A stretch of DNA of 64,000 nucleotides from Candidatus Nanoarchaeia archaeon (GTDB lineage Bacteria > Patescibacteriota > Microgenomatia > Woykebacterales > RBG-16-39-9b): assembly GCA_036514715.1 (NCBI GenBank), contig DATBWR010000016.1, positions 42,368 to 106,367 on the forward strand, given 5' to 3'. A model generated the notes under the pieces. It did no database searches, was not told the origin of the DNA, and was given only the letters and a program-made list of their open reading frames with translations. Below are positions 48,262 through 57,413 of this stretch, piece by piece. How positions within the stretch are numbered: the stretch's first letter is position 1; each line of letters opens with the position of its first letter. Position numbers and translations under genes: made by a program.

Positions 48262-49026
48262 TCAAACTATAGGTTTCTTGTCAAGTTCGGTGTCTTTATT
48301 CTTGGGTTTTTCGGCTGGAGTTTCAGGGGCTTTCTCACCCTCTTCTTTGGCTTCCCCACCTTCTTTGGTAGCCTCGCCTTCAGCTGTCGCTTCGCCTTCA
48401 GCTTCACCTTTTTCAGCAGTAGCTTCAACTTCTTCAGGAGAGACTTCTGGTTCAGGCTCTTCTTCTTTCATTTCCGCAGTTTGCACGCTAACGACCACTT
48501 CTTCCGGGTCGTTTTTAACTTCAACCTTATCCATATCAATCTTAAGGTCCTTGACGTGAACGCTCTGTCCTACCTCAGTCAGTTTATCAGCATCAATTGT
48601 AAAGTGGGCCGGGATATCAGTTGGCAAACATTCCACTTCAACTTCGTTTAAAGTTTGCAAAAGCAGCCCAATACCGCTCTTTTCGGCTGGTGACTGACCT
48701 TCCAAAATTACTGGGACATGAGCAGTAATTTTTTCTTTCAGATTAACTTTGTGAAAATCAACGTGAATAATTTGATCGGTTCTAGGATCACGCTGGAGGT
48801 TGTGGATTAGAGACGGGTAAGTTTCTTTATCGAGTTTGACATCGACCAAAGCGGTTTCGCCAGCTTCCTTAAAGCTCTTTTGGAAGTCTTTGGAGTCAAC
48901 TTGGACGGAAACGGACTTAAAATCTTTGCCAAAAACATTGGCTGGTACTATACCTTCAGCTCGAAGTTTTTTAACTTTTTTACCCACAACTTGCCGGGGT
49001 TCGACTTTAATAGCAACGCGTTCCAT
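48262..49026 (-). CDS. rplY: 50S ribosomal protein L25/Ctc with acidic tail
   Basis: LRAEG.VPANVFG, QRDP....IIHVDF, CLPTDIP. Confidence 0.95.
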   Translation of the reverse strand: MERVAIKVEPRQVVGKKVKKLRAEGIVPANVFGKDFKSVSVQVDSKDFQKSFKEAGETALVDVKLDKETYPSLIHNLQRDPRTDQIIHVDFHKVNLKEKITAHVPVILEGQSPAEKSGIGLLLQTLNEVEVECLPTDIPAHFTIDADKLTEVGQSVHVKDLKIDMDKVEVKNDPEEVVVSVQTAEMKEEEPEPEVSPEEVEATAEKGEAEGEATAEGEATKEGGEAKEEGEKAPETPAEKPKNKDTELDKKPIV

Positions 49027-49060
49027 CAGGGATCATTATACGTTCTGTGTCAACTAGGTT

Positions 49061-49411
49061 TTAGGCGCTGGGTTGGTTTTGGCGATTGAGGCGACGGATT
49101 TTGGAGCTCTGCAAGCTACGGATGGAAGAGGGTTTCATTAAACGCACTTCTTCGCGGATATCTAAAACGTCATCAGCAGATAATGCTCCGACGTTAATCA
49201 CTGGTAGTTCTCCACTCGTTTGTTTATCCCCGCTAATTGAGGCGGCTAGCATTTGCTCCTTACCACAATTTGGACAGATGTAATGGGCGACTAGCGAGTT
49301 TTCTGACTCTGAAATTATCTCTAAACTACTCTGCCCGAAAGGCGCCTTGCAAGAACATTGCCAATCTTCACCAAACTGCTCTGCAAACGCTCTGATGATT
49401 TTCTTGCTCAT
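49061..49411 (-). CDS. Hypothetical zinc-ribbon protein
   Basis: CSC...CPNC, LSADDVLD. Confidence 0.75.
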   Translation of the reverse strand: MSKKIIRAFAEQFGEDWQCSCKAPFGQSSLEIISESENSLVAHYICPNCGKEQMLAASISGDKQTSGELPVINVGALSADDVLDIREEVRLMKPSSIRSLQSSKIRRLNRQNQPSA

Positions 49412-49467
49412 ATGCTTATTTTACACCCAGTATACCAAAGGTTTCAAAGCTAAGCTAGACCTTCTTT

Positions 49468-51138
49468 CTAAAGCAGTTTTTCAACTGCGGTGATTAACCT
49501 CTCCACCTGCGTATGCAAATTTTCTGTTTGAGTGGTGATAAAGTCCTTTTCCACAGCTATCAGACTAGGGGTCTTTGACCAGTTTACTCTCTCCAACAAA
49601 ACTTGCGTTTGTTCTAATTTTTCTTGACTAGTGTAGAGATTAGTTAAGACTTGACTGAAGGTCTCCAAGGCTTCTTCTTTATTTAAATTAGCCCTGCTAG
49701 CAGTATCAATTAAAATTTGGTTGGCACGGGAAGAGTTGCGCACACTTTCCGCCAAGCTAGCGGAAGCTTCCAACAAACGGCTAAAATTAGTAGTTCTTTC
49801 GGAGAGGCCAATAATCTTAAATAACCAACTTACTTTTTGCAAATTAGCGCCCGAAGCTTCAAAAGAGTTTTGAGCACTCAAAGCACGGCTGACCGCACTC
49901 TCAGTTTTCTCAGCCTCCAAGTTTTCAACTGCTTCTCTCAGGGCTCCTTTACCCAACCAACTACTAAGGCCAGCAGCTGAAACTGGGTAGATAATTGTAG
50001 CTAGCAACAGAACCAGGCAGAGAATAAAAATACCCAGCCGCAACCAGTTACTAGGTTCCTTAAGCTCCTTTACTTCCCCAACCGTTTCCTTTTGCTGACG
50101 GTCACTTATCTCTAGGGGTTTTAGATCGGCAGTTGGACTTTCAGCAAAAGCCTCTTCGAGACGCTCACTTTGAATTACACTGCTTATACCTTCGGCAAGA
50201 GAAACTTTTGGGCTCCAGGAAAGTTTTTCCCGGGTGTTTTCCAGATCAAGATGGGAAAAGGGCAGATCGAGAGTCTCTTCACTCTTCTTACGTTCGATCT
50301 CTAGAGGTCCGGCAACCAGTTTGACTGTTTGAGCAAAATTCTCAACGGTAATCTTCTCCGGATTTACCAGTACAAAGATCTCGCTGTTAAAATCTCCTAA
50401 GGCAGCCTTAGTTAGGCCGAAAACCACATCGCTAATAAAAGTCGGGTTGAGGATTTTTAAACCATCGCCAAAAACTTTTAGAGGTTGTCTGTTCAGAGCG
50501 TTTTTTAAAAGGTCGGCAATTTCGTCGCTGCGGTCAAAACTCATTTTTGGGCCGTAAACATCTTTTAGGCGAACAACGGTCACGGAAAGAGCAAATTTTT
50601 TGAAATACTCAAAAGTTAAGGCTTCGGCAAAACGTTTCGCCTCGTGGGCGGAAAGGACACTTTCATCATCTGGCGACTTACCAAAGTAAAAACGCAGAGA
50701 ACTACCAGAAATCACCCCACTGTAAAGATCGGCTGAAGAGGCGAGGATAAATTTCGCTTGGTTGGCTCTAGCGATCTCAAGCAGTTGCCTGGTACCTAAA
50801 GAATTGACTAAAAGGGTATCCAGGGATAATTCTTTGCTGGCGCGGTGTTCTTCACTGCTAGCCAAATGGAAACAATAATCAATTTTTAGTTCTGGCGGCA
50901 GCTGAAAGCTAGGGTTATTGATATCTTCTTGAATAAAAGTAAGGTTTGGTGAGGTCAGCAGGTCTTTGAGATTTTCTTTTTTGCCAGTACTTAAATTGTC
51001 AACACAGACAACTGAAAAATTTTGTGATAGGAGAGTTCTAACTAAATGAGAGCCAATAAACCCGGCACCACCGGCTACTAAGGCGGTTGGTTGGTTGTTT
51101 TTGGTTTCCGAGCTTTCATTTGTTTTCGGGGCAGACAT
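49468..51138 (-). CDS. Extended SDR (UXS-like) domain fused to a TM and a helical C-terminal domain
   Basis: GGAGFIGSHL, DNLSTG, HLAS, VYGP; TM near aa 365-390. Confidence 0.85.
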   Translation of the reverse strand: MSAPKTNESSETKNNQPTALVAGGAGFIGSHLVRTLLSQNFSVVCVDNLSTGKKENLKDLLTSPNLTFIQEDINNPSFQLPPELKIDYCFHLASSEEHRASKELSLDTLLVNSLGTRQLLEIARANQAKFILASSADLYSGVISGSSLRFYFGKSPDDESVLSAHEAKRFAEALTFEYFKKFALSVTVVRLKDVYGPKMSFDRSDEIADLLKNALNRQPLKVFGDGLKILNPTFISDVVFGLTKAALGDFNSEIFVLVNPEKITVENFAQTVKLVAGPLEIERKKSEETLDLPFSHLDLENTREKLSWSPKVSLAEGISSVIQSERLEEAFAESPTADLKPLEISDRQQKETVGEVKELKEPSNWLRLGIFILCLVLLLATIIYPVSAAGLSSWLGKGALREAVENLEAEKTESAVSRALSAQNSFEASGANLQKVSWLFKIIGLSERTTNFSRLLEASASLAESVRNSSRANQILIDTASRANLNKEEALETFSQVLTNLYTSQEKLEQTQVLLERVNWSKTPSLIAVEKDFITTQTENLHTQVERLITAVEKLL

Positions 51139-51241
51139 TTCTTTGTTTTCCTTTGAGCAAGCGCATTTTAACTAAAGAAAGTCAACTTGAAAAGCCAGTA
51201 TTAAGAGTTTTGTGGCTAAGTCTGGGAGTTTATCACTACCT

Positions 51242-51661
51242 TCAGCGGACATGTTGGTCAAGAATACGGTTAACTTCCTGATCCGCGAGTTTATTCTCTG
51301 CTCTAGGAACGTGTTGGTAGTCAACCTTGTAGAAAAGCTTTTCCATTTGTTTAATTTTCTCAGTAAAGCGGGCGAGGTTAGGGTTTTTAATTCGATAGTC
51401 ACCGGATAATTGTTTGGCCACCAATAAAGAATCCGTAAAGAAATTCAGCTCGAGAGTTTTCGTAACTTTCTCTTTGGCGAGAATAGTTTCATACACTAAA
51501 AGTACTGCGCTATATTCGGCCACATTATTGGTAGCAACACCTAGATATTTCCCGCATATTAACCGCAGATTTCCCGCAAGGCCTTCGATAACTGCTCCGG
51601 CGGCAGCTGGTCCAGGGTTACCCCGGGCTCCCCCATCAGTGAAAATTTTTATGGGCTTCAT
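51242..51661 (-). CDS. Ribonuclease HI family protein
   Basis: FTDGGARGNPG, TNNVAEY, DS.LV, HVPR..N..AD. Confidence 0.9.
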   Translation of the reverse strand: MKPIKIFTDGGARGNPGPAAAGAVIEGLAGNLRLICGKYLGVATNNVAEYSAVLLVYETILAKEKVTKTLELNFFTDSLLVAKQLSGDYRIKNPNLARFTEKIKQMEKLFYKVDYQHVPRAENKLADQEVNRILDQHVR

Positions 51662-51668
51662 TTAGAGG

Positions 51669-52139
51669 TTATCTCTCCTGTTCGTAAAGGGTAACTCGGC
51701 GATTAGGCTCTTCCCCTTCGGACTGGCTAGCTAAGTTTGGGTATTTCTCGCTAACAATCAAGTGTACTTCTCTTCGCTGAGCACTCGACATGACTGGTAA
51801 ACTAACTCTTTTTAGTTTTTGGGCCACTAGAGCCTCGACTGCTTGCTCAACCATTGACCCAAGGGTAGAAAGCCGCTCAGCTCTCCAATCGCCAATATCT
51901 AAAACCACTCTTTTCCATTCCCCCTCTGCAGCCCTCTTATTAACTACTGACCCTAAAATTAGTTGCAGGCTTTCTAAAGTTTCACCGTGGTAACCAATTA
52001 GAGCTCCCAGGTTCTCTCCAAAAATGCTTACCTTGACACTACCTTCATCTTCTTCAACTTTAACTTCTGCTGCCATCCCGATTTTTTTAAGCACTTCCTT
52101 AGTAAAATCGGTAGCTATCTTTTCAGAATTTTTAGCCAT
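51669..52139 (-). CDS. jag: Jag/KhpB RNA-binding protein (KH + R3H)
   Basis: LIGYHGETLESLQ, RREVH, SEGEEPNRRV. Confidence 0.9.
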   Translation of the reverse strand: MAKNSEKIATDFTKEVLKKIGMAAEVKVEEDEGSVKVSIFGENLGALIGYHGETLESLQLILGSVVNKRAAEGEWKRVVLDIGDWRAERLSTLGSMVEQAVEALVAQKLKRVSLPVMSSAQRREVHLIVSEKYPNLASQSEGEEPNRRVTLYEQER

Positions 52140-52852
52140 TGATTAAGACCTCCCAGACCTACTATGTAATATTGTTGGAAAAGCCCAACCACAGTACTTA
52201 CCAGCCAAAATAAAGCCAGTCCTGAAGGGAAAAGTCGCCCAGTGAAAAGAATTAGGAAAGGAAAGAGAAAAACAAACTGTCCTTGAGAAGCAGTCAGCGC
52301 GCTAGCAAGATCTTGCTTCTTCTCCATTTCTTTTTTTGAATCCTGTTTTTCTGGTTTAACTGGTTCAGGCAACATCATCTTTGACTGCAGAAGGGTCGCC
52401 ACTGCAGTCAAGATTACTAAAACTCCTGGCAGCTGTCCCCAAAAGCCTTCGACTCCAAAGGTGCCCTTAAAGGTGTCGGGCTGGGCGAGATCCCAGATGA
52501 GAAAGGAGGTATTAAGGCCGCTTTTTACGACATTGCTGATAGCGTTAAACAATACTATAGCTACTACCAGCTGGATAATTGGCGCTAAACAACCCGCTAG
52601 TGGGTTGAAACCAGCCTCTCGGTAAATCTTAGCTTGTTCTTCTGCATGACGCTTTCGGTCGTGGCCATGCTTCTTTTTAGCTTCGTCAAGTTTTGGACGC
52701 AGTTCTTGCAAAACTTTTGTTTGGCGCAAGCTAGTTTTCAGAAAAGGGTGAAAAATTAGGCGGCTGAAAACACCGATAAAAATTATCGTTGTCCCTAAGT
52801 TACCGCCAAAAAAGTTAGTCAGCGAAATTAAAAAATCAGCAAAAATTCCCAT
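52115..52852 (-). CDS. yidC: Membrane protein insertase YidC (short)
   Basis: NPLAGCL, WDLAQPD, PSGLALFW. Confidence 0.92.
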   Translation of the reverse strand: MGIFADFLISLTNFFGGNLGTTIIFIGVFSRLIFHPFLKTSLRQTKVLQELRPKLDEAKKKHGHDRKRHAEEQAKIYREAGFNPLAGCLAPIIQLVVAIVLFNAISNVVKSGLNTSFLIWDLAQPDTFKGTFGVEGFWGQLPGVLVILTAVATLLQSKMMLPEPVKPEKQDSKKEMEKKQDLASALTASQGQFVFLFPFLILFTGRLFPSGLALFWLVSTVVGLFQQYYIVGLGGLNQWLKILKR

Positions 52853-52860
52853 TAAGTTTA

Positions 52861-53073
52861 TTACTTGACAGGGTCAAAACCTCCCTTAGACCAAGGGTGG
52901 CAGCGCAAAATTCTTTTTGTACCTAAAAAACTGCCCCTGATTATACCATAGCGCTCGATTGCACGGTAAGTATATTCAGAACAACTGGGAACGAATCGAC
53001 AAGTGTTACTTAAGAAAATTTTGTGATGGTAGCTTTGATAAAGCTTTATCAACCTCAAGGCTAATTTCTTCAT
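52861..53073 (-). CDS. yidD: Membrane protein insertion efficiency factor
   Basis: [24 protein letters not shown]. Confidence 0.95.
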   Translation of the reverse strand: MKKLALRLIKLYQSYHHKIFLSNTCRFVPSCSEYTYRAIERYGIIRGSFLGTKRILRCHPWSKGGFDPVK

Positions 53074-53353
53074 CTTTCGCGCGCTCTATACCCGGGTGGA
53101 GAATCCAGATTGCTTCTATTCCAGGCTTTAAGGTCGTTAGTTTAGGTCTAATAAGTTCTGAGAGCTTTCTTTTTAGACGGTTACGGGTAAAGGACTTACC
53201 GACCTTAGTAGTAATGATAAAACCTATCTTCGGCCCTTCCTCTTGGAGATTTTTCTTGGCAACGACTTTAAAAAGGTTGTTACTGACCTGGATATCCGGA
53301 GCTCTTCTGTCCCACTTCACCGGTAATTTTAAACGGTTTTGTTTGGGCAACAT
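53006..53353 (-). CDS. rnpA: RNase P protein subunit
   Basis: MLPK.NRL, IGF..T.KVGK...RNRLKR; synteny. Confidence 0.9.
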   Translation of the reverse strand: MLPKQNRLKLPVKWDRRAPDIQVSNNLFKVVAKKNLQEEGPKIGFIITTKVGKSFTRNRLKRKLSELIRPKLTTLKPGIEAIWILHPGIERAKDEEISLEVDKALSKLPSQNFLK

Positions 53354-53355
53354 TT

Positions 53356-53493
53356 CTAGATAGAAAGACGGTTTCTTTTTTTAGCAGTACGTCTTTTAAG
53401 CACCTTCTGGCCACCGCTTTGTTTTGAACGAGCTAGAAACCCGTGTTTACGAGCCCGTTTTGTTTTCTTTGGTTGGTAAGTTCGTTTCGGCAT
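53356..53493 (-). CDS. rpmH: 50S ribosomal protein L34
   Basis: Manual translation [45 protein letters not shown]. Confidence 0.97.
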   Translation of the reverse strand: MPKRTYQPKKTKRARKHGFLARSKQSGGQKVLKRRTAKKRNRLSI

Positions 53494-53587
53494 TGACGGT
53501 GTGCAGTATAGTAAACCCGCTTCGGGCTGTCAACGTGGTTGGCGACAAAACTGACATAGTAGGTTCCACTTCGATGGGCTTGACTGA

Positions 53588-53596
53588 TGTGGATAA
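53588..53596 (-). promoter_or_regulatory. DnaA box upstream of dnaA
   Basis: TGTGGATAA, the reverse complement of TTATCCACA. Confidence 0.8.
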
Positions 53597-53653
53597 CTTT
53601 TCCTATCATGGTTTCCTGTTCTCCTTCTTAAGGTCTCTGTCCCGAAAGTATGT

Positions 53654-55018
53654 ATGGACGAAAAAACTCTTTGGAACTCTGTTCTGACCGAACTACAACT
53701 TTTGCTTTCAGGTGCCAACTACCAAACTTGGTTTAAAGGTAAAACGGTAATCCTCCACCAAGAGCGCGGGGTGATTGAAATTGGCTGTAATTCTGCCTAC
53801 ACCAAAGACTGGTTGGAGCAACGTTACCACGGCCAGTTAAAAGCTATTTTGGATCGTCTTACTGACACCAACAATGCTTTAATCTTCTCGGTTTCTGCTT
53901 CCTTGAGAAACCCACCAACGAAAGTCACCCAAAACGACTCGGGGGAGGAAGCGCTTTTGTTTACTAACCAGAGTATTGATGAACTCTACGGGAAAATTGA
54001 AGCTTGTGGGCTCAATCCTAAATACACCTTTGAAAGTTTCGTGGTTGGATCTAGCAACCAACTTGCCCATGCAGTTGCCAAAGCGGTTGCCGCCTCCCCT
54101 GGTAAAGGTTACAACCCCTTCTTTGTTTACGGTGGGGTTGGTTTGGGAAAAACCCACTTGATACAGGCAACTGGTCACGAAGCAGTTAGTAAACACCAGA
54201 AGCTTAAAGTTCTCTACTGCACCTCTGAGAACTTCACCAACAATCTCATCGAAGCAATTCAGAACCGAGCTATGAAAGAGTTTAGGGCTAAATACCGTAG
54301 TTTGGATGTTTTGATAATTGACGACATCCAGTTTATTGCTGGGCGGGAAACAACTCAAGAAGAATTCTTTCACACCTTTAATGAGCTCTATGCTAAAGGA
54401 AAGCAAGTTATTTTGAGCAGCGATCGCCCACCAGAGGCTATTTCTAAGCTTGAGCAAAGGTTAAAGAGCCGTTTTGAAGGCGGGATGATTGCCGATATCC
54501 AACCTCCAGATACTGATTTGCGAGAGGCAATTCTACTCTCGAAGATTAAACGTCAAAACATTAGTATTCCTGCTGAAGTTGTTCACTATCTTGCCCAAAA
54601 CGCTAGTTCCAGCGTGAGAGATTTGGAGGGCTCTCTAATTAGGTTGGTCGCTCAAGCCAAGATCGGCAACAACTCTTTGTCGCTAGAACTGGCAAAAAGT
54701 TTTTTTGATAAAAGGAGTCAGGGGCTTGTCAAAGCTCGCCCCAAAGATGTTTTGGAGATAATTTGTAACTACTTTGATTTGCGGCATACGGATCTTAAAA
54801 GCGCCAACCGTTTAGCTAAATTTGTTTTCCCACGCCAAATTGCTATGTACTTACTACGCAAAGACTTGGGCTTGCAGTATGCGCTTATTGCCGAGGTTTT
54901 GAACAAAAAAGACCACACTACTGTAATTCACGGTGTGGAGAAAATTACTGGTGTTGTGGAAAAATCAGAGAAAGTCCGAGGATTAGTTGAGGATATCCGC
55001 TCAAAACTTTACAACTAA
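53654..55018 (+). CDS. dnaA: Chromosomal replication initiator DnaA
   Basis: YNPFFVYGGVGLGKTHL, DDIQF, RQIAMYL, DHTTVIH. Confidence 0.98.
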   Translation: MDEKTLWNSVLTELQLLLSGANYQTWFKGKTVILHQERGVIEIGCNSAYTKDWLEQRYHGQLKAILDRLTDTNNALIFSVSASLRNPPTKVTQNDSGEEALLFTNQSIDELYGKIEACGLNPKYTFESFVVGSSNQLAHAVAKAVAASPGKGYNPFFVYGGVGLGKTHLIQATGHEAVSKHQKLKVLYCTSENFTNNLIEAIQNRAMKEFRAKYRSLDVLIIDDIQFIAGRETTQEEFFHTFNELYAKGKQVILSSDRPPEAISKLEQRLKSRFEGGMIADIQPPDTDLREAILLSKIKRQNISIPAEVVHYLAQNASSSVRDLEGSLIRLVAQAKIGNNSLSLELAKSFFDKRSQGLVKARPKDVLEIICNYFDLRHTDLKSANRLAKFVFPRQIAMYLLRKDLGLQYALIAEVLNKKDHTTVIHGVEKITGVVEKSEKVRGLVEDIRSKLYN

Positions 55019-55214
55019 GGGTCTTTTGTATACTTATCCACAAAACACCCACATAATTGTCCTCTGCGCGCTTGCTTAGTTTTGCTCAATAACAAACCCG
55101 AAACTACAAACCTTGGGTTGGACAATTATCAACTTATCCACACAAACTACTATTACTACTTTATTATTAAACTGTATTTAGTATTATTCTTACTGACTAA
55201 TTAAATCAAAAAGA
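55019..55214. other. oriC (dnaA-dnaN intergenic)
   Basis: TTATCCACA at 55034 and 55134, then DnaA-trio-like CTACTATTACTA and an AT-rich tract. Confidence 0.88.
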
Positions 55215-56312
55215 ATGACTAAACTTATCCGTGAGGACTTTTTAAAAACAATCTCAATCGCAGGGCGTTTTGTGCCTGTTCGGCCAAGCCTACCAGTACT
55301 GGCAAACATGTTATTGGAGGCTGATAAAGGTATACTGAGAGTCTCCACAACCAACCTTGATTCGTCAGTTAGGTTGGTACTGCCTGCAAAAAGTGAGGGG
55401 GTTTGGAAGATAACTACCCCAGCCAAAATTCTCACTGATTTCATCGGTTCAGCAGTTGATAAAGAGGTATCTCTAGAGGTTGATAAAGAAAACCTCTTGG
55501 TAGCCTCGGGAGAAATCAAAGGCATTTTCGCTGGAATTTCCGCCAGCGAGTTCCCCACACTACCTGAGGCTACTGAGGAGGGTAGTGAGTTTGAGTACCA
55601 CGAGCTTCAGGAAGCAGTTAATAACGTAGCCTTTGCTGCTTCTAGCGACGAGGCTAAGCCAATTTTGACAGGTATTTTTATTAACCAAGAGGCTGGTGGA
55701 ACAATTATCGTCGCCACCGACGGGTATAGGCTTGCTAAAAAGACCTTAGGAAAAAAATATGAGTTTAATCAAGTAGTCATACCGGCCAGGACCTTAGTGG
55801 AATCTTTGAGAATTGCCGGAGAAATGGGTGAGCCTTCGGTACGTTTAGTTGTTGCCAAAGGCAAAAACCAAACCCTTTTGGTAGGGGAAAACTTCCAGAT
55901 TGCCAGCCGTTTACTGTCTGGTACTTACCCACAATTTCAACAAATTATTCCCAACGATTTTGTAAATAGCTTTACCGTTGATAAAGATAAATTAACCGCG
56001 GCCATTAAAGCAACGGCAGTTTTTGCCCGGGATTTAGGTAATGTGGTGAGATTTAACCTCACCAAAAACGCCTTGAAACTAACCGCTAGTACTGCTCAGG
56101 TTGGCGAAGGGGCGGCAACTTTAGAAGTTGCTGGAGGCGGGTCAGAGATCAAAATTGCTTTTAACTCGCGCTTTATTCTCGAAGGACTAAGTGCTATTGG
56201 CACGACTACTGTTGAAGTAAAATTTAGCGGCCCGCTGAGCCCAGCCGCTATCTGCGGCAGGGGTGAAAAAGACTTTCTCTACATAATTATGCCAGTAAAA
56301 TCGCAAACTTGA
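55215..56312 (+). CDS. dnaN: DNA polymerase III beta clamp
   Basis: VATDGYRLA, G.YP....IIP, IAFN, IMPVK. Confidence 0.96.
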   Translation: MTKLIREDFLKTISIAGRFVPVRPSLPVLANMLLEADKGILRVSTTNLDSSVRLVLPAKSEGVWKITTPAKILTDFIGSAVDKEVSLEVDKENLLVASGEIKGIFAGISASEFPTLPEATEEGSEFEYHELQEAVNNVAFAASSDEAKPILTGIFINQEAGGTIIVATDGYRLAKKTLGKKYEFNQVVIPARTLVESLRIAGEMGEPSVRLVVAKGKNQTLLVGENFQIASRLLSGTYPQFQQIIPNDFVNSFTVDKDKLTAAIKATAVFARDLGNVVRFNLTKNALKLTASTAQVGEGAATLEVAGGGSEIKIAFNSRFILEGLSAIGTTTVEVKFSGPLSPAAICGRGEKDFLYIIMPVKSQT

Positions 56313-57412
56313 TGTATCTTGAAGAGCTTTCCTTAATTAACTTCCGCAACTTAGAGAGGCAAACTGTAAAGTTTAAGAGGGGGGTAACGGTTTTCTGGGG
56401 AGATAACGCCGCCGGCAAGACAAATTTGTTGGAAGCTATTTACCTTTTATCAACCGCAAAATCTTTTCGCACCCGAGCCGACCATGAGCTGATAGCTTGG
56501 GGGCAAGAGCAGGCTAAAGTTTTTGGTAAGGTGGGCGCCTTAGCCTTAGAATTGTCAGTTAAACCAGAAAGTAAGCAGCTATCTATCAACAAACAACCAA
56601 AAAATTTAACAGAAATAATTGGTAGCTTTGTAACCGTCTTGTTTACCCCCAGCGATATTGCCCTTGTGGGCGGCCCACCCTTCGAGCGAAGAAGATTTTT
56701 AGACCACCTCGCCTCTAATTTAAGTAAGGAATACCTCCTTCAACTAGTGAGCTTTAATAGAAGTTTGCGGAACCGCAACCAGCTTCTCTACCAACTTAAG
56801 CCCCAGCAAGAGGGAGATTTGTGGGTTTGGGATCAACAACTTGCTAAGGCGGCTAGTTTTGTTTGGGAGTTTCGGGTTGGCGTGATCAAAGAACTAGCAG
56901 AAAAATTGAAAAGTTTGGGCAAAAAACTTCTCCAAGCTTCTTTAACAATAGACTACCCAGCACCTTTCGGGGAGACTACTAAAGCCAGAATACAAGAAGC
57001 CTACTTAAAAACCTTACAGTCAGCCCGCAAGCAAGAAATTGTTAAAAAGCAAACCCTCTTTGGTCCCCACCGGGACGACTTCAAACTAATTCAAGAAGAG
57101 GAGAAGGAAAACAAAGTGGTCAGCAAAAACCTCGGTATTTATGGTTCTAGAGGAGAGCAAAGAGGCGCTGCCTTAGCCTTGAAACTCTCAGAAGTAGAAA
57201 TACTTGAAAGTGACAAAAAAATTAAGCCCGTGCTACTATTAGATGAGGTTTTAAGTGAGCTGGACGAAAAACACCGGCAGTTGCTCCTGCGTCAAGTGCA
57301 CACTGGTCAGACTTTTATCACTACAACTAGCCTTGTAGCAGTTGAAAGTGTTTTAGGAGGCAACTTAAATAGCTTTCTGGTTCGCGAGGGTAAATTAGAA
57401 CCTAAAAAGTAA
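56312..57412 (+). CDS. recF: DNA replication/repair protein RecF
   Basis: G.NAAGKTNLLEAI, GPHRDD, SRGEQR, LLLDEVLSELD. Confidence 0.95.
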   Translation: MYLEELSLINFRNLERQTVKFKRGVTVFWGDNAAGKTNLLEAIYLLSTAKSFRTRADHELIAWGQEQAKVFGKVGALALELSVKPESKQLSINKQPKNLTEIIGSFVTVLFTPSDIALVGGPPFERRRFLDHLASNLSKEYLLQLVSFNRSLRNRNQLLYQLKPQQEGDLWVWDQQLAKAASFVWEFRVGVIKELAEKLKSLGKKLLQASLTIDYPAPFGETTKARIQEAYLKTLQSARKQEIVKKQTLFGPHRDDFKLIQEEEKENKVVSKNLGIYGSRGEQRGAALALKLSEVEILESDKKIKPVLLLDEVLSELDEKHRQLLLRQVHTGQTFITTTSLVAVESVLGGNLNSFLVREGKLEPKK

Positions 57413-57413
57413 C

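Noticed and set aside
53424-54457. Short or antisense ORFs overlapping rpmH and dnaA (and similar shadow ORFs throughout the track)
   Set aside because: They overlap well-supported conserved genes and show no motifs.
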